Part shown: piece by piece, positions 55,043 to 64,000 of the stretch
Numbering within the stretch: the first letter of the stretch is position 1
Layout: every line of letters begins with the position of its first letter
Source: a virus
Reading direction: 5' to 3' (one strand)
IMG/VR virus record: IMGVR_UViG_3300023118_000001
Location: 1-64,000 of that record
Length of the DNA: 64,000 nucleotides
The notes under the pieces: generated by a model
What the model saw: only the letters and a program-made list of their open reading frames with translations
Database searches by the model: none
Told to the model about the DNA's origin: nothing
Program-made: the position numbers and the translations under genes

Positions 55043-55174
55043 TTACTCAGCAGGCCAGGCGCTGAACACCAACGTCAGAACGATGGCGACGTACATGGCC
55101 CACACCTGCTGGGTGTAGACGGAGTAGAGAAGGGATATGGACGCCAGCACTGCTGCGACCTTGATCACCTTCAT
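55043..55174 (-). CDS. small two-helix membrane protein (43 aa)
   Basis: MKVIKVAAVLASISLLYSVYTQQVWAMYVAIVLTLVFSAWPAE; TAATG-coupled. Confidence 0.6.
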   Translation of the reverse strand: MKVIKVAAVLASISLLYSVYTQQVWAMYVAIVLTLVFSAWPAE

Positions 55175-55782
55175 TACTGGCCAGCAGGCTTGTCAGCGCG
55201 TTCCTGAGCAGCCTTGTCGCTGTAGCCGTTCTTGTAACGCTTGCCCAGCAGCTTGACCTTGTTGGCCAGCAGGGCTTCTTCCATGTGGGTTTCGATGCCG
55301 TTCAGCAGGCCCACGATGTAGAAGGTGGCATCGCCCGCTTCTTCGCGGATGTTCTCGCCGTCCAGCTGACCGCCGAGGATGTGCTTGACCACCGCTTCCA
55401 ACATTTCGGCAGCTTCCCCTGCCAGGCCGATCGCCATGTGCAGCATGTGCAACTTGTCAGCATCGAGTTCGTCGAAGGCCTGGGCCAAGCCCTGGCTGCT
55501 TGGCAGCCGAGCGTAGACCACGTCCGGCACCGCCGAGGCAGGCTTGTTGTAGACGACCTGCTTCTTCAGCGCGTCCAGCTCGTTGCCCTTGTCGATGATC
55601 TTGCAGCTCAGCTGCAGGATGTGCAGGAAGCCGGAGAACTTCAGGGTTTCCTTGATGGCTTCACCCGGCTTGGCCAGGTTGGTGACCATCTGATCGAACG
55701 GGGTGTTGACGATGACCTCGCGGTGATCTGGTTCGAACTCGAGTAGCATCGGGGAATTCAGGTCGTTGTTAGGGAAGGTCAT
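55174..55782 (-). CDS. MazG-like nucleotide pyrophosphohydrolase
   Basis: GLAGEAAEML, EEAGD..FY, N..KL..RY..GYSD.AA..RADK. Confidence 0.85.
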   Translation of the reverse strand: MTFPNNDLNSPMLLEFEPDHREVIVNTPFDQMVTNLAKPGEAIKETLKFSGFLHILQLSCKIIDKGNELDALKKQVVYNKPASAVPDVVYARLPSSQGLAQAFDELDADKLHMLHMAIGLAGEAAEMLEAVVKHILGGQLDGENIREEAGDATFYIVGLLNGIETHMEEALLANKVKLLGKRYKNGYSDKAAQERADKPAGQ

Positions 55783-55806
55783 GGGTAGTCCTTAGGAAAT
55801 TTTGGG

Positions 55807-55839
55807 AATAAAAAGCCCGGCAAGTTTCCCGGCCGGGCT
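55807..55839 (-). terminator. intrinsic terminator
   Basis: AGCCCGGC..GCCGGGCT followed by TTTTATT on the minus strand. Confidence 0.75.
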
Positions 55840-55857
55840 CACTGGCAGGCTGCGGTG

Positions 55858-56781
55858 TTACTCAGCCGCTGCCATAGCGTTTTGGTCACCGATGGCGGTG
55901 AAGTTCCAAGGGCGGAACGCCTTGTCACCAGTGCCAACTTTCTTGCCCACGGTGCAGCGGATAACCAGATCAGCCGGATCGCACTTGAACTTGCGCAGAC
56001 CAACAACCATGGCACCCGACAGACGCGCCTTCGAAGCCGGCGGAATGGACAGGGAAACAACGTGGTCGTTGTATTCGTCGTCGCGGTTCTTCAGCTGAGA
56101 CATGGCTTCGATGTATTCCTTGATGTCCAGAGGTTCATCAGGAGTGCCGTAGCCATCTTCCAGCCACTTGTCCAAGGTTTCCTTGGAGCTGGTCTCGTCG
56201 GTGAAGAACGAGCCATCTTTGTGGTAGCTGTAGAACATCTCAGCCCCTTCACCAGCGTACTGGCGAACCACGTAGATGTTGCGGGTGTTCAGCACCACCA
56301 GGTCAAGGCTTTCGCCCAGCGAGATTTCTTCACTGCCCAGCTGGAACTTGGCTTCGTGCAGCTTTAGGCGGTCGAACGACATGCCGGTGACGGTCAGGCC
56401 TTCGTAGCCTTGGGCAGCCATGTCCTGGGTGAACTTCTCGGAAGCCGAGGCGTGACGCTCAGCGTTGGTCACAACGCCAGTGTTTTCAGACTTGACAGCC
56501 ACTTCCTTGGCTTCTGGTTTCGCTTCAGGCTTGGCTTCGGTCTTGGCCTCGGCCTCGACTTCTGGCTCGACTTCAGGTTTGGCGTCTTCCTTCTCAGGCT
56601 TGACGTCGTTAACCAGTTCGCCCTGGGCCGGGGCATCGTCCTTGACGTCGTTGCTGGTATCCGGGGTAACTTCGGCGGCTGCCTTGGTTTCCACGTCCTT
56701 GACGGTTTCTTTTACCGCGTCGGCCGCTTTGGTTTCGGCGGTGTCTACAGGTGCTGCTGCGCGTTTAAGAGCCATGATCAT
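55858..56781 (-). CDS. putative single-stranded DNA-binding protein with a charged low-complexity N-terminus
   Basis: High-expression codons, own promoter and terminator, replication cluster; the function is inferred. Confidence 0.5.
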   Translation of the reverse strand: MIMALKRAAAPVDTAETKAADAVKETVKDVETKAAAEVTPDTSNDVKDDAPAQGELVNDVKPEKEDAKPEVEPEVEAEAKTEAKPEAKPEAKEVAVKSENTGVVTNAERHASASEKFTQDMAAQGYEGLTVTGMSFDRLKLHEAKFQLGSEEISLGESLDLVVLNTRNIYVVRQYAGEGAEMFYSYHKDGSFFTDETSSKETLDKWLEDGYGTPDEPLDIKEYIEAMSQLKNRDDEYNDHVVSLSIPPASKARLSGAMVVGLRKFKCDPADLVIRCTVGKKVGTGDKAFRPWNFTAIGDQNAMAAAE

Positions 56782-56876
56782 TATCTCTGTCAGTGTGGGG
56801 TATCAGTATGGTTTCAGTATCAGCTTCATCTTCATCTTCATCGGCAACTAGCGAGGAATCCACTAGCGCAGGCTGA

Positions 56877-56906
56877 TTTATACAGAGCCTGCTAGCCCTC
56901 TGTCAA
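56877..56906 (-). promoter_or_regulatory. sigma70-like promoter
   Basis: TTGACA-N18-TATAAA; the -10 lies in the spacer of a GCAGGCT/AGCCTGC inverted repeat. Confidence 0.55.
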
Positions 56907-58636
56907 CCGAGCAGTTCGAAGAGCAGATCGTGCTTGTCCTTGATCGCTCGGTTATTGCTTTCTTCATTGGCCAACAGCGCCTTGAAGTTCTTATCCGACA
57001 GCGTGCCCCTCACTCGCATGAAGTACACGTTGACGATGTTCTGCTGCCCTTTACGGTCAGCCCTGGCGATGGCCTGCTTGGCAGCCTTCGGTGAGGTCGG
57101 GCATTCGTAAAAGATAATGTAGCCTGCCACCTGCAGGTTCAGCCCGGCGCCGCCGGACACCCATTGGATGACAATGGTGTCGCATTCATCGTCGTACAGG
57201 AACTTGTCGATCTGTGCCTGGCGATCCGGGATGCCGCCGTAGACGATCGCCACCTTGCGGTGAGCGAACTGCATGGCGAGCCCTTCAATGGCCTGGCGGT
57301 AGAACGCAAAGATGATCAGCTTGCGCTTGGGGCCCGGGTTGATGGAAGCCACCAGATCCCCGGTGGCCCTGGCCAGCTCGTCGCACTCCGTGAGGGTGGG
57401 GTCGAACTTGCTCGGGCAGCTTATCAGCTGCAGGGCCAGGTGGCGCAGCGCTGAAGAGTTGTCCGGCGCCAGCACCAGGTCACCCAGCACGGCGAAGCGG
57501 TCGTTGATCACCTGCCGGTACAGCTTCAGGTGGCGACCGGACAGCTTGACCGGCACCTCGCTGATGATTGGCTCCGGCATGCTGATAACGTCGCGCTTCT
57601 GCACCCGGTGGGCGTTCTTCCACAGCGACTCGTAGATCTTCTCGGTGTCGAAGTAGCCCACGATCTGCTTGATCTTCTTCGACTTCCCGTTGGGCAGCGG
57701 GATGCTGAACTCTTCCTGCTCACAGTGCTGCCGGATGAACGAGGCTTTGTTCAGGTAGGCGTCAGGGTTGATCAGCCGGATCAGGCCGTAGGCGTTGTGC
57801 AGCTTGGTGGGGATGGGGGTGCCGGTGAGGATGTACAGGGCGATGTCACCCTTCATCCGCATCGACATCTCGGCCACCGACTCCGACAGGATTGACTCCA
57901 TCCCACACAGCGCGTCACCCTCGTCGAAGAACAGGACGTTGTAGCCCTGCTCCTTGAGCAACAGCTGCTTGGGGTTCTTCGCCTTGCCGGCCTTGTTGAT
58001 CTGCCGGCCGTCGCGGGTGTAGGGCTGAGCATCCGGCCAGCGCGGGTCGCCCTTCTTGCGGCCGGGCTTATCAGGCTCGCCATTCTCACCAGGGATATCA
58101 GGCTCGTCCGCCTCCAGATGAAAGCTGGTTGCGAACTCTAATTCGTTACCTAAGTTGTTGGTATCCCTGATTTTCCAGTGATTATTCCCGATCTTTTTCA
58201 TCGGGTGTTTGTCGTTGTACAGGCGGTAGATGTCGTAGGACAGGACCAAGATGTCTGGCCAGCCCTCGACGTCCCACACCTGCTCCTTTTTCTTCTTCTG
58301 CGTGGCGGTACAGTCCAGGTGGTCGATCTTCAGCCGCTTCCCGATGCCGGGGAAGAACAGTTCGAACTCGGCCATGAACTGCGGGATCAAGCCAGGCAGC
58401 GTGGTGAAGACGACACGGTTGCCCATGGCAGCCATGAAGATGGCGTGGACCTGAGCGGGGTACGTCTTGCCTGCCCCGGGCTCAGAAAAATCCCCGTAAC
58501 GATCGTTCCAGGGATATTTTTTGATCATGTCGAGTTGATGATTCATCGGCCAGAACGGCAAGGGGATCTGGCTGAACCAGTCGGGGTGGTTGCCCACCCC
58601 GACTGCGACCATCAAGTCATGGAGACTTGACTGCAT
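56903..58636 (-). CDS. SF2 (SNF2-like) helicase
   Basis: EPGAGKT, FFDEGD, LTGTP, GAGLNLQ, QAIARADRKGQ. Confidence 0.9.
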   Translation of the reverse strand: MQSSLHDLMVAVGVGNHPDWFSQIPLPFWPMNHQLDMIKKYPWNDRYGDFSEPGAGKTYPAQVHAIFMAAMGNRVVFTTLPGLIPQFMAEFELFFPGIGKRLKIDHLDCTATQKKKKEQVWDVEGWPDILVLSYDIYRLYNDKHPMKKIGNNHWKIRDTNNLGNELEFATSFHLEADEPDIPGENGEPDKPGRKKGDPRWPDAQPYTRDGRQINKAGKAKNPKQLLLKEQGYNVLFFDEGDALCGMESILSESVAEMSMRMKGDIALYILTGTPIPTKLHNAYGLIRLINPDAYLNKASFIRQHCEQEEFSIPLPNGKSKKIKQIVGYFDTEKIYESLWKNAHRVQKRDVISMPEPIISEVPVKLSGRHLKLYRQVINDRFAVLGDLVLAPDNSSALRHLALQLISCPSKFDPTLTECDELARATGDLVASINPGPKRKLIIFAFYRQAIEGLAMQFAHRKVAIVYGGIPDRQAQIDKFLYDDECDTIVIQWVSGGAGLNLQVAGYIIFYECPTSPKAAKQAIARADRKGQQNIVNVYFMRVRGTLSDKNFKALLANEESNNRAIKDKHDLLFELLG

Positions 58637-58863
58637 CAGGTGACCCTCTGCGCTCGGCTGCGCTGAATCTTTTCATGGTCATCCCGGCAATCCACGTCGC
58701 AGAAGCGAAGCTGATCAGCCAGGGGTTCGTGACAGTTGTGGCAGTGGCCGATGTAGGCCAGCTGCACCAGTGGTTTCTTTCGTGCCTGGCGTAGCTGCTC
58801 CTGCAGAATGATCTCCTGCTCCAGCACCGCCCGGTCGACCGGGTCTGCGATATTTTCCATCAT
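58636..58863 (-). CDS. TraR/DksA-like C4 zinc finger protein
   Basis: ADPVDRA..E, CHNC..FCDVDC. Confidence 0.75.
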   Translation of the reverse strand: MMENIADPVDRAVLEQEIILQEQLRQARKKPLVQLAYIGHCHNCHEPLADQLRFCDVDCRDDHEKIQRSRAQRVT

Positions 58864-61751
58864 GCCGTTGCGGCCTCCGTTTCGCGTTTGAAGTTGTTCA
58901 TCGTGGTGCCCTTGTCCGTAAGCTTCTTGGCGTTGATGACGTACACCTCGACCTCCGGGTTCTCCGGGTGCTGCTCTATGCGGTCGAAGTAGACCTCACC
59001 CTCAAGCAGCTGGCTGAGTTGCTGGAACTGGCGGATGACGGGCATCTCGCCGATGCTTTTGGAGTAAGCGTGGTAGCGCGGCAGGCAGGACTGCAACACC
59101 AGGTACAGCGAGTCGCCCTGACGCCAGTAATGCTTGCCTGGCAGCAGACGCATGCGCTCCTCGAAGGTCTCGTCGGCCAGGGTATTCATCGCCCCCAGCA
59201 CGCGGTCCACTTCCGAGGCCGACTTGCCACGCTCGACTTCAGTGACGCGGCCGCCCAGGTAGGTGATCAGTTCACGCTCAAGGCGCTGCACTTCCTCCAC
59301 GCCACCCACTTTGAACTCTTCCATGGTGTGGATCAGCATGTGCAGCCCGGTCAGGCAGCACTGCATGCCCCAACGTGGTCGGTCTTCCATGCCCTTGTGG
59401 ATCAGGTCCGACTTGCTGTGCAGGATCTTCAGCAGCGCGGTAGGGGAGGTCCCCAGTGCCACGGTCACCAGCGCCCGGGCCATCCGGGTGTAGGCTGAGC
59501 GGTTCTGCACCGCGGTACGGTAGCTGTCGCGGTAGTGCTGGTTCAGCAGCGACTTGGCTTGCAGGCGAATTTCCACCGAACGGCTGCGCAGGGCAGGCGA
59601 GGTGGCCGACTGCTCACTGGTGTAAACGAGAGGGGCCGAGACCCGGTCCTCGCTCACGGTCAGCTCACGGTCGCTGCCGATCTTGCCACGCTGGATAGGT
59701 GCGTGGCTCCAGGCCGCCTTGAGGATGCCCAGGATCTGTCCGTAGCGGTTGTTGCCCAGCTGGATCGGGTTCACTTCTTCGATCAGCCGGGGCACCGTGG
59801 TGCTGCTGCTCACATACTTGGTCAGCGGGAACAGCGTGCCGACCTCCACGTTCTGCAGCTCGGCCTTGGTGTAGTCGATGCCGTTGATGTTCGCCATCAG
59901 CATGGCCAGGCAGGACTTGCCTGCACCAGCGTTGCCGTAGATGTTCATCAGGGGGAACTGAGGCTCTTCGAACTGGATGTGCTCACGGAAGTGGCACGAG
60001 ACGAACCAGCCCAGCATCATCGCTACCTGCACCGGCTCATTGACGTTGCACAGCGCTCGCATGGCGATCGCCAGCTGCTCGTCATCCGGTAGGGGGTTAC
60101 TTGCGTTGATCAACGCAGGCGACTGCCGCGCATTGCCGTCGAAGCGGTACGGGCTGCGATTACCCAGGTTGGTAATGGCGTTGCCTGCCTCGACGTAGTG
60201 CGCAATCGTGCCCTTGTCACCACGCTCCAGCACAATGCCGCAGACGTTTGCACGAATCATTTTGTCCAACTCCTTATCTTCGGCCTTGTCCCTTGAGAAC
60301 TTCAGCAGGGCCACAAGCAATTTTTGGATCTCGCCGTCACCGGCAAAGACTGCAGCGTCCCGGCCCTTGACGGCCGAGATCAGGTCACGCTTGGAACTCC
60401 ACGACCGCTCCGGCAGGGAGATTTCCACCACCTCGGAGCTGCCGTCGACGATCAATCTGCCGACCAACTCCTTGCGCTCGGTGTTACGCCAGCTGGTGTG
60501 CCCCTTGTCATTGGTATAGGGCTCCAACTCAAACACTTCCAGCTTGGGCCAGAAAGTAAAGTTGGTGAGCTGCCGGCTGCTGTCCTCCCCCACCAGGTAA
60601 TAGCCGCTGGCATCCCAGCGAATACGCACTGCGGAGTTGAACTGGTCGACCGTCTCCTGGGTAGTCTCGCCGCTGGCCACGTCTGCACGGCAGATGGGGC
60701 ACTGGCGGCAAGGGCTGCCGATGGTGGCGATCAGCGCGCCGGGGGCGAACTTGATGGAGCCACTGAAGGTGCGGTGCAGCTGACCCTGGACGTGCTTGAG
60801 GCGTTCGGTTTCGGAAGGACGGCTGCTCGACTCGACGTTCTTTACGAACGGGCGAACCAGCAACTCCATGTACTCCTTCTCCTCCGACTTGTCGTAGCGC
60901 GCAGCGATGTAAGCAGCCAGCTGCATGGCAGCCTGGTTCCAGTTCGAGTTGCCCGAGTCACCGTCGGTGATCAGCTTCTCGATGCAGCCAGGGATGCCTT
61001 CCCATTCCCGCATGGCTTCGCGAGGCACCACGCAGGCTGCACTCATGGCCTTGACCTTGCGGCCGGCGGCAACTTTGGCAGCCTTGAGCAGCTGCTCAGC
61101 CTTGGCGAAGCTGATGTTCTTGCCAGGCTGCGGGGTGGCCAGCACAGGGCGAGGCGCAGCCACGATGGCGTGGTACTCCTCGCTGTCCATGTCAGCCAAC
61201 TCGTTCGGCGTGGTGCCGACCTTGTAGGTGCCGCTGCCTGGGCGGGGAACGCCTTCGCAACGCCACATACGGCCACGGCCGCAGGAGTAAACCGACTCGT
61301 CCAGGCTGCACGGCGATTCCAAGCCGGCGCCCTTGAGGACGGTCAGCATGATCTCGCGGTAGATCATCGGCAGGAACTTCGTCGGCTTTTTAACGCCAAA
61401 CACCTGAGCCGGGATCGTGATGTGTACACCCTTGCCGCCTGACAGCCAGCAGTGGATGAATTCAGCGGGGATGTCCAGCTTGTTCATCAGGTAATCGATC
61501 ACCGCGTTGACGTCGGCCAGTACGTGGTCTATGTCGTCAGCGTCGTCGAAGTCAAAGTACATCGGCCCCATGTACAGCACGGTTTCGACGGCGTTCATGC
61601 CGTTTTCCGTGACGTCTTCGGGGTTTTGGTCAACCATCAGGACAGTCTTGAACGCAGGAGGACCCGGGAGATCAGCTTTCTGCAGCTGCTCCTCTGTATA
61701 CATCCGCCATGGTTCCTTCTTGTCCGGTCTGAACTGAAGGAAATGATACAT
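58860..61751 (-). CDS. primase-helicase (AEP prim-pol + P-loop ATPase)
   Basis: YFDFD, SGGKGVH, CRQCPIC, GNAGAGKS. Confidence 0.88.
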   Translation of the reverse strand: MYHFLQFRPDKKEPWRMYTEEQLQKADLPGPPAFKTVLMVDQNPEDVTENGMNAVETVLYMGPMYFDFDDADDIDHVLADVNAVIDYLMNKLDIPAEFIHCWLSGGKGVHITIPAQVFGVKKPTKFLPMIYREIMLTVLKGAGLESPCSLDESVYSCGRGRMWRCEGVPRPGSGTYKVGTTPNELADMDSEEYHAIVAAPRPVLATPQPGKNISFAKAEQLLKAAKVAAGRKVKAMSAACVVPREAMREWEGIPGCIEKLITDGDSGNSNWNQAAMQLAAYIAARYDKSEEKEYMELLVRPFVKNVESSSRPSETERLKHVQGQLHRTFSGSIKFAPGALIATIGSPCRQCPICRADVASGETTQETVDQFNSAVRIRWDASGYYLVGEDSSRQLTNFTFWPKLEVFELEPYTNDKGHTSWRNTERKELVGRLIVDGSSEVVEISLPERSWSSKRDLISAVKGRDAAVFAGDGEIQKLLVALLKFSRDKAEDKELDKMIRANVCGIVLERGDKGTIAHYVEAGNAITNLGNRSPYRFDGNARQSPALINASNPLPDDEQLAIAMRALCNVNEPVQVAMMLGWFVSCHFREHIQFEEPQFPLMNIYGNAGAGKSCLAMLMANINGIDYTKAELQNVEVGTLFPLTKYVSSSTTVPRLIEEVNPIQLGNNRYGQILGILKAAWSHAPIQRGKIGSDRELTVSEDRVSAPLVYTSEQSATSPALRSRSVEIRLQAKSLLNQHYRDSYRTAVQNRSAYTRMARALVTVALGTSPTALLKILHSKSDLIHKGMEDRPRWGMQCCLTGLHMLIHTMEEFKVGGVEEVQRLERELITYLGGRVTEVERGKSASEVDRVLGAMNTLADETFEERMRLLPGKHYWRQGDSLYLVLQSCLPRYHAYSKSIGEMPVIRQFQQLSQLLEGEVYFDRIEQHPENPEVEVYVINAKKLTDKGTTMNNFKRETEAATA

Positions 61752-61754
61752 GGC

Positions 61755-62000
61755 TTAATCCTTGGTCATGGCTGCCTGAGTGAGTCGTTTGACCAGGGTA
61801 CGGCCGTCCTTATTGAAGGCGCTGAAGTCCTCGAGGTTGACCAGGCCACGGCGGGCCAGGGCGTCCTTGAACAGGGTGATGTTGTAGACCGGGTCCATCT
61901 CAACGGCGCCCCCAATTTCCAGCGCGTTGTAGAGTTCAGCCAATTTTCCGTAGTCGATTGAGGTCCTCGGCGAGCGACCTTCTTCTGGAACGACTTTCAT
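61755..62000 (-). CDS. hypothetical protein (81 aa)
   Basis: SD AGGAG before ATG 62000. Confidence 0.7.
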   Translation of the reverse strand: MKVVPEEGRSPRTSIDYGKLAELYNALEIGGAVEMDPVYNITLFKDALARRGLVNLEDFSAFNKDGRTLVKRLTQAAMTKD

Positions 62001-62026
62001 GTGCGGCTCCTGTGGCTGGGTGTAGT

Positions 62027-63355
62027 TCAAGCCTTGAAACCCAGCTTGTTGATGATCAATTCTTCGCGTGGCCGGCTAAACGCCACGTACAAAAGCCGCT
62101 GCCGTTCACTGCGCAGAGGGTTCTCCAGCAGATCTTTGACATCGACCATGACGCGTTTGAATGTGCTGCCCTGGCTGCGATGGACCGTGATGCAGTAGCA
62201 ATACTTCAGGTCGGCAAACAGGTCCTTGAACTGGTGAAGCTGCTTCCACACCCAGCTGGCGTTGCCACCCTTCTCCTTAATCCCTAGGGCTTTCTCGGTC
62301 AGCTTGTTGGTGTGTTGACGATAGCGCTCAAACTCGTCTTCGTGAAGGACGTGGGCAAAAACTTGAGCGACGTCAGCATACACAGGATGCAGGGTCAGCA
62401 GCCACGTCTTCCACTTGGTGCTGCTGTTCTCGTCGAACATGTAACTTTCCGACACCGCAGCTACGATGGACTCCTCGTCCGTCGCCAGCACGGTCTCGCC
62501 TTCCTTCTGGATCGGGCTGCCCAGCACCAGGCGCTCACCGACTTCGAAGCGTTTGGCCTCGCTGCCGTATATTTTGGCGCGAATGGCGTTGTTGATATCG
62601 TTGACCCGGTAGTTGCGCCAAGCCAGGACCCGGACGTCTTCCAGGTCTGTGGTCAGATCGAACTGCTCGACCACCGCCTTGAGGAAATCACCGGGGCGCA
62701 GCAGCGTCACGTTGTGCTCAGGCTTGAAGTCGAAGTTGTAGGTGGTGTTGTTCTTGATCGCCTCACGCAGTGGGTGGGTGATCTGCAGGATGCCGTTGGG
62801 CGTCCCGTCAGGGTTGTTCTGCTGGCGCTCGACCTGGGTCAGCTCAGCGGTGGGGAACAGGGTGAAGGCCAGCGACTGCTTCTCCTTCACCGGCGGCAGC
62901 TGCATGTTGTCGCCCATCAGGAGGCAGAACACCTTGGCGTTCTCCATCTCGGGGATCATGTAGTTGAACAGGAACACCTCACCCAGCATGGAGGCTTCGT
63001 CGCAGACCACCATGTCGTAGTCGCCGACGACGCTTTCACGCACCTGGGCGGCGTACTTCTTCTCGTCGGTGGGCATCAGCGACAGGCCGAGGGCGCTGTG
63101 AGCGGTGCGAAAGCCCATCTTGTCCATGTTCAGGCCGTAAGCCCGGGCAGCCTTCTCCAGCTGCTTGACGGCCTTGTTGGTCGGCGCCATGAACAGAACT
63201 TTCTGCTCGTCTTCGATCATCAGTTTGGCGATCTCCATCACGGAGAACGTCTTGCCGGTGCCGCCTTCACCGATGATGGTGTAGCCTGGCGCACCCTCTT
63301 CGTAGGCGTCCAGTGCGCCGTTCACGGCAATGGTCTGGCCAGTGTTTAGTCCCAT
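62027..63355 (-). CDS. Dda/RecD-like SF1B helicase
   Basis: GEGGTGKT, APTNKA, DEASM, GDNMQLPPV, TVHRSQGSTF, YVAFSR. Confidence 0.93.
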   Translation of the reverse strand: MGLNTGQTIAVNGALDAYEEGAPGYTIIGEGGTGKTFSVMEIAKLMIEDEQKVLFMAPTNKAVKQLEKAARAYGLNMDKMGFRTAHSALGLSLMPTDEKKYAAQVRESVVGDYDMVVCDEASMLGEVFLFNYMIPEMENAKVFCLLMGDNMQLPPVKEKQSLAFTLFPTAELTQVERQQNNPDGTPNGILQITHPLREAIKNNTTYNFDFKPEHNVTLLRPGDFLKAVVEQFDLTTDLEDVRVLAWRNYRVNDINNAIRAKIYGSEAKRFEVGERLVLGSPIQKEGETVLATDEESIVAAVSESYMFDENSSTKWKTWLLTLHPVYADVAQVFAHVLHEDEFERYRQHTNKLTEKALGIKEKGGNASWVWKQLHQFKDLFADLKYCYCITVHRSQGSTFKRVMVDVKDLLENPLRSERQRLLYVAFSRPREELIINKLGFKA

Positions 63356-63419
63356 GGTTGTCACCTTATATGCTTATATGCTTATAGGATGGGCACGATA
63401 AAGAACCGTGCCCATTTGG

Positions 63420-63746
63420 TCAATGCTTGCGGGAAAAAATATCCACTACGGTAGTGCTTGACGGGGGCCGCATTGGCATGCCAAGCCGAGGGAACTCTCG
63501 AATGTGCAGGCACAGTCCAAATCGGTGCACCAGCTCCTCCTTTGGTAGCTTCTCGGCGAACAGCTTGCTGAACGCGATGTAGCCTTCACGCAACTGGTCG
63601 ACGGTGAACGACTCGATGCCCTCAGGTGTGAGGTACACCTCCAGCACCGCGAGGTAGGCTTCGATCAGCGTTCGCTGAGCATTGATGTCCCCCGTGTCAC
63701 CACGGTCGCGGCCTAACATCAGCAGCTGGGTTTTTAGTTTTTCCAC
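63420..63746 (-). CDS. hypothetical protein
   Basis: SD AAGGAG with GTG start. Confidence 0.7.
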   Translation of the reverse strand: MEKLKTQLLMLGRDRGDTGDINAQRTLIEAYLAVLEVYLTPEGIESFTVDQLREGYIAFSKLFAEKLPKEELVHRFGLCLHIREFPRLGMPMRPPSSTTVVDIFSRKH

Positions 63747-63782
63747 GGTAGCTCCTTCAGGGCCTAGGGCCGGTGTTTCGGG

Positions 63783-64000
63783 TTAGTTCGGGATGCCGGT
63801 CAGCAGCATTTCTTTGGCGCGGTTCACCAGCGCTGGGTCTGCCACCTGCTTGGTGTTGCGGACCTTCTTGGTAAATTCCTGCGGCAGGAACTGCACGGCT
63901 TCAGGGAACTGGTCTTCCAGCTGCTTCAGCGTGCGCACCGAGGTGAGGATGGTGGTCAGGTCGTCGAACATATCACCGCCGGCCTTGATCACGTCCATGA
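63783..64000 (-). CDS. Nmad5-like protein, C-terminal part (runs off the window)
   Basis: ILTSVRTLKQLEDQFPEAVQFLP resembles the Nmad5 C-terminal pattern. Confidence 0.55.
   Translation of the reverse strand, partial: MDVIKAGGDMFDDLTTILTSVRTLKQLEDQFPEAVQFLPQEFTKKVRNTKQVADPALVNRAKEMLLTGIPN

Noticed and set aside
1-64000. CRISPR array, integrase/att site, IS element, intron or intein
   Set aside because: No regularly spaced repeats, recombinase or transposase motifs, or splice-junction signatures were noticed

Overview
The window is about 64 kb of a GC-rich tailed dsDNA phage genome (siphovirus with a lambda-like tail tip). A Pseudomonas-type host is inferred from gene content and codon style. 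Left end, minus strand: an AT-richer early cassette driven by a strong sigma70 promoter through a ~650-nt structured leader carrying two rRNA-type boxA elements. Plus strand, 3.4-40.0 kb: accessory genes; a tRNA/ncRNA operon (tRNA-Gln, a kissing-loop RNA, tRNA-CAU, a GGA-rich structured RNA); an HU/IHF-like protein; terminase, portal, S49 protease/scaffold, capsid, neck and tail tube; frameshifted tail chaperones; tape measure and gpM/L/K/I/J; a 1037-aa tail-module protein with a PelA/GH166-like hydrolase domain; an antisense degenerate dUTPase; a lysis cassette; and a second fibre module. Minus strand, 40.0-64 kb: replication, recombination and nucleotide metabolism (SbcCD, ligase, resolvase, dNMP kinase, exonucleases, full-length PolA, ThyX, two MazG-like proteins, helicases, primase-helicase, Nmad5-like). 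No integrase, repressor, CRISPR array or reverse transcriptase was seen. The strongest candidates for new biology are the Pel-type depolymerase, an Rsm/Csr-like sponge RNA, the pseudo-dUTPase and a recurring CGCTAnnTAGCG regulatory palindrome. All calls come from reading motifs by eye; no database search or folding program was run.
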